Part shown: positions 63,004 to 64,000 of the stretch, one piece after another | How positions within the stretch are numbered: position 1 is the first letter of the stretch | Layout of the letters: every line of letters starts with the position of its first letter | Assembly: GCA_965237415.1 (NCBI GenBank) | Contig: CBDEFM010000002.1 | Location: forward strand, 3,264,001-3,328,000 | Origin: Alphaproteobacteria bacterium | GTDB taxonomy: Bacteria; Pseudomonadota; Alphaproteobacteria; UBA828 | Direction: 5' to 3' | DNA: 64,000 nucleotides | The notes under the pieces: model-generated | What the model was told of the DNA's origin: nothing | Seen by the model: only the letters and a program-made list of their open reading frames with translations | Database searches by the model: none | Translations under genes and position numbers: made by a program

Positions 63004-63660
63004 TCAACCCTCCATCAGCACGTCGTGGGCGAGGTGGTCCGCCACCCGGTCGAGGCCCTCGCCGGTGCGGCAGTTGGTGACCAGGACCGGCCGCCCGGCG
63101 CGGACCTCTTCGGCCTCCTTCCGCATGAGCGCGAGATCGACTCCCACGTGGGGCGCGAGGTCCGACTTGTTGATGATGAGCAGGTCGGCCCGGATGATCC
63201 CGGGCCCCCGCTTGCGCGGAATGTCGCCGCCGCCCGAAACGTCGATCACGAAGAGCCAGTAGTCCACCAGATCGAGGGAGAAGGTGGAGGCGAGATTGTC
63301 GCCGCCGCTCTCGATCAGGATGAGGTCGAGGGGGCGAAGCTGCTCCTCCAGCAGGTCAGCGGCCTCGATGTTGAGCGTCGGGTCCTCGCGGATGACCGTG
63401 TGGGGGCAGGCGCCGGCCTCGACACCCACGACCCGCTCCGGCGGGATCAGGCCGCTCCGCTGCAGCCGCTCTGCATCCTCCCGCGTCACCAGATCGTTGG
63501 TGACGATGGCGAGCGAGGTGCCGCGCGCTGCAAAGAGCGGCAGCAGCCCCTCGATGAGCGCCGTCTTGCCGGAACCCACCGGCCCGCCGATCCCGACCCG
63601 CGCCGCGCTCGGCGCCGCCGCCGATGTCGCGGCCTCTGCCTGCGCCGTTCCTGTCGTCAC
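63004..63660 (-). CDS. ureG: Urease accessory GTPase UreG
   Basis: [29 protein letters not shown] start at 63660. Confidence 0.93.
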   Translation of the reverse strand: MTTGTAQAEAATSAAAPSAARVGIGGPVGSGKTALIEGLLPLFAARGTSLAIVTNDLVTREDAERLQRSGLIPPERVVGVEAGACPHTVIREDPTLNIEAADLLEEQLRPLDLILIESGGDNLASTFSLDLVDYWLFVIDVSGGGDIPRKRGPGIIRADLLIINKSDLAPHVGVDLALMRKEAEEVRAGRPVLVTNCRTGEGLDRVADHLAHDVLMEG

Positions 63661-64000
63661 TGCTCGCCCTGCTCCTCGATGATGCGCGCCCGGCCGTCGG
63701 CCAAATGCTGGGCAAGCCGCGCGAGGTAGGTCTCGCGCGGGCCGTCCAGCGCTACCTTGAGGAGCGCGCCCTCGAACCGCACCCGCCAGTGCAGATTGCC
63801 GCAGGAGTAGCCGAGTTCGAGCGCCGCCGCCAGGTCGCGGGGCCTGAGCGCGAGCCATACCGTCTCCCGCATGCGGACGACGACGGCGCGGTCTTCCTCG
63901 AGCAGGAGGACCGCACCGTTGACGAGGCGCTCGGAGCGCGCCAACGCTACTGCGCAGTCGGTCCCCTTGTCGGTTTGGACGCGCAGCCGCTTGCGCGCCG
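63657..64000 (-). CDS. ureE: Urease accessory protein UreE (5' end beyond window)
   Basis: [34 protein letters not shown] (GNxH Ni site); 4-bp overlap with ureG. Confidence 0.75.
   Translation of the reverse strand, partial: ARKRLRVQTDKGTDCAVALARSERLVNGAVLLLEEDRAVVVRMRETVWLALRPRDLAAALELGYSCGNLHWRVRFEGALLKVALDGPRETYLARLAQHLADGRARIIEEQGEQ

Overview
High-GC alphaproteobacterial (Rhodospirillales-like) chromosomal window. Core genes are pstC/phoR, mutS, fabI-aroC, rpoH-rluD, rlmE-ppx-tRNA-Gln and ureE/ureG. They alternate with accessory catabolic blocks: a CoxMSL-type Mo hydroxylase, two hydantoinase/oxoprolinase A+B pairs, two luciferase-like monooxygenases, a trimethylamine-dehydrogenase-like flavoenzyme with a DmmD-like folate-binding partner and a divergent HAAT-type ABC transporter, and a LytTR/DUF2141/Tat-exported carotenoid-oxygenase module. 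There are four toxin-antitoxin loci, two of which retain the antitoxin but only a toxin remnant. There are also three AT-richer foreign inserts, a ~290-bp MITE and a CGTC-type REP. Three signals stand out: (1) a diverged ~0.4-kb direct-repeat element at 17.2-18.4 kb carrying a 10-nt-period GGGATTAAGT array that fits the canonical G-quadruplex pattern and brackets an orphan higA; (2) an unannotated 62-codon Cys-rich ORF at 46050-46238 with an in-frame TGA followed by a SECIS-like hairpin (candidate selenoprotein or fresh pseudogene); (3) the TMADH plus DmmD-like plus transporter module next to tRNA-Gln. No CRISPR array, rRNA, integrase or transposase was seen. All family calls come from motif recognition, not database searches.
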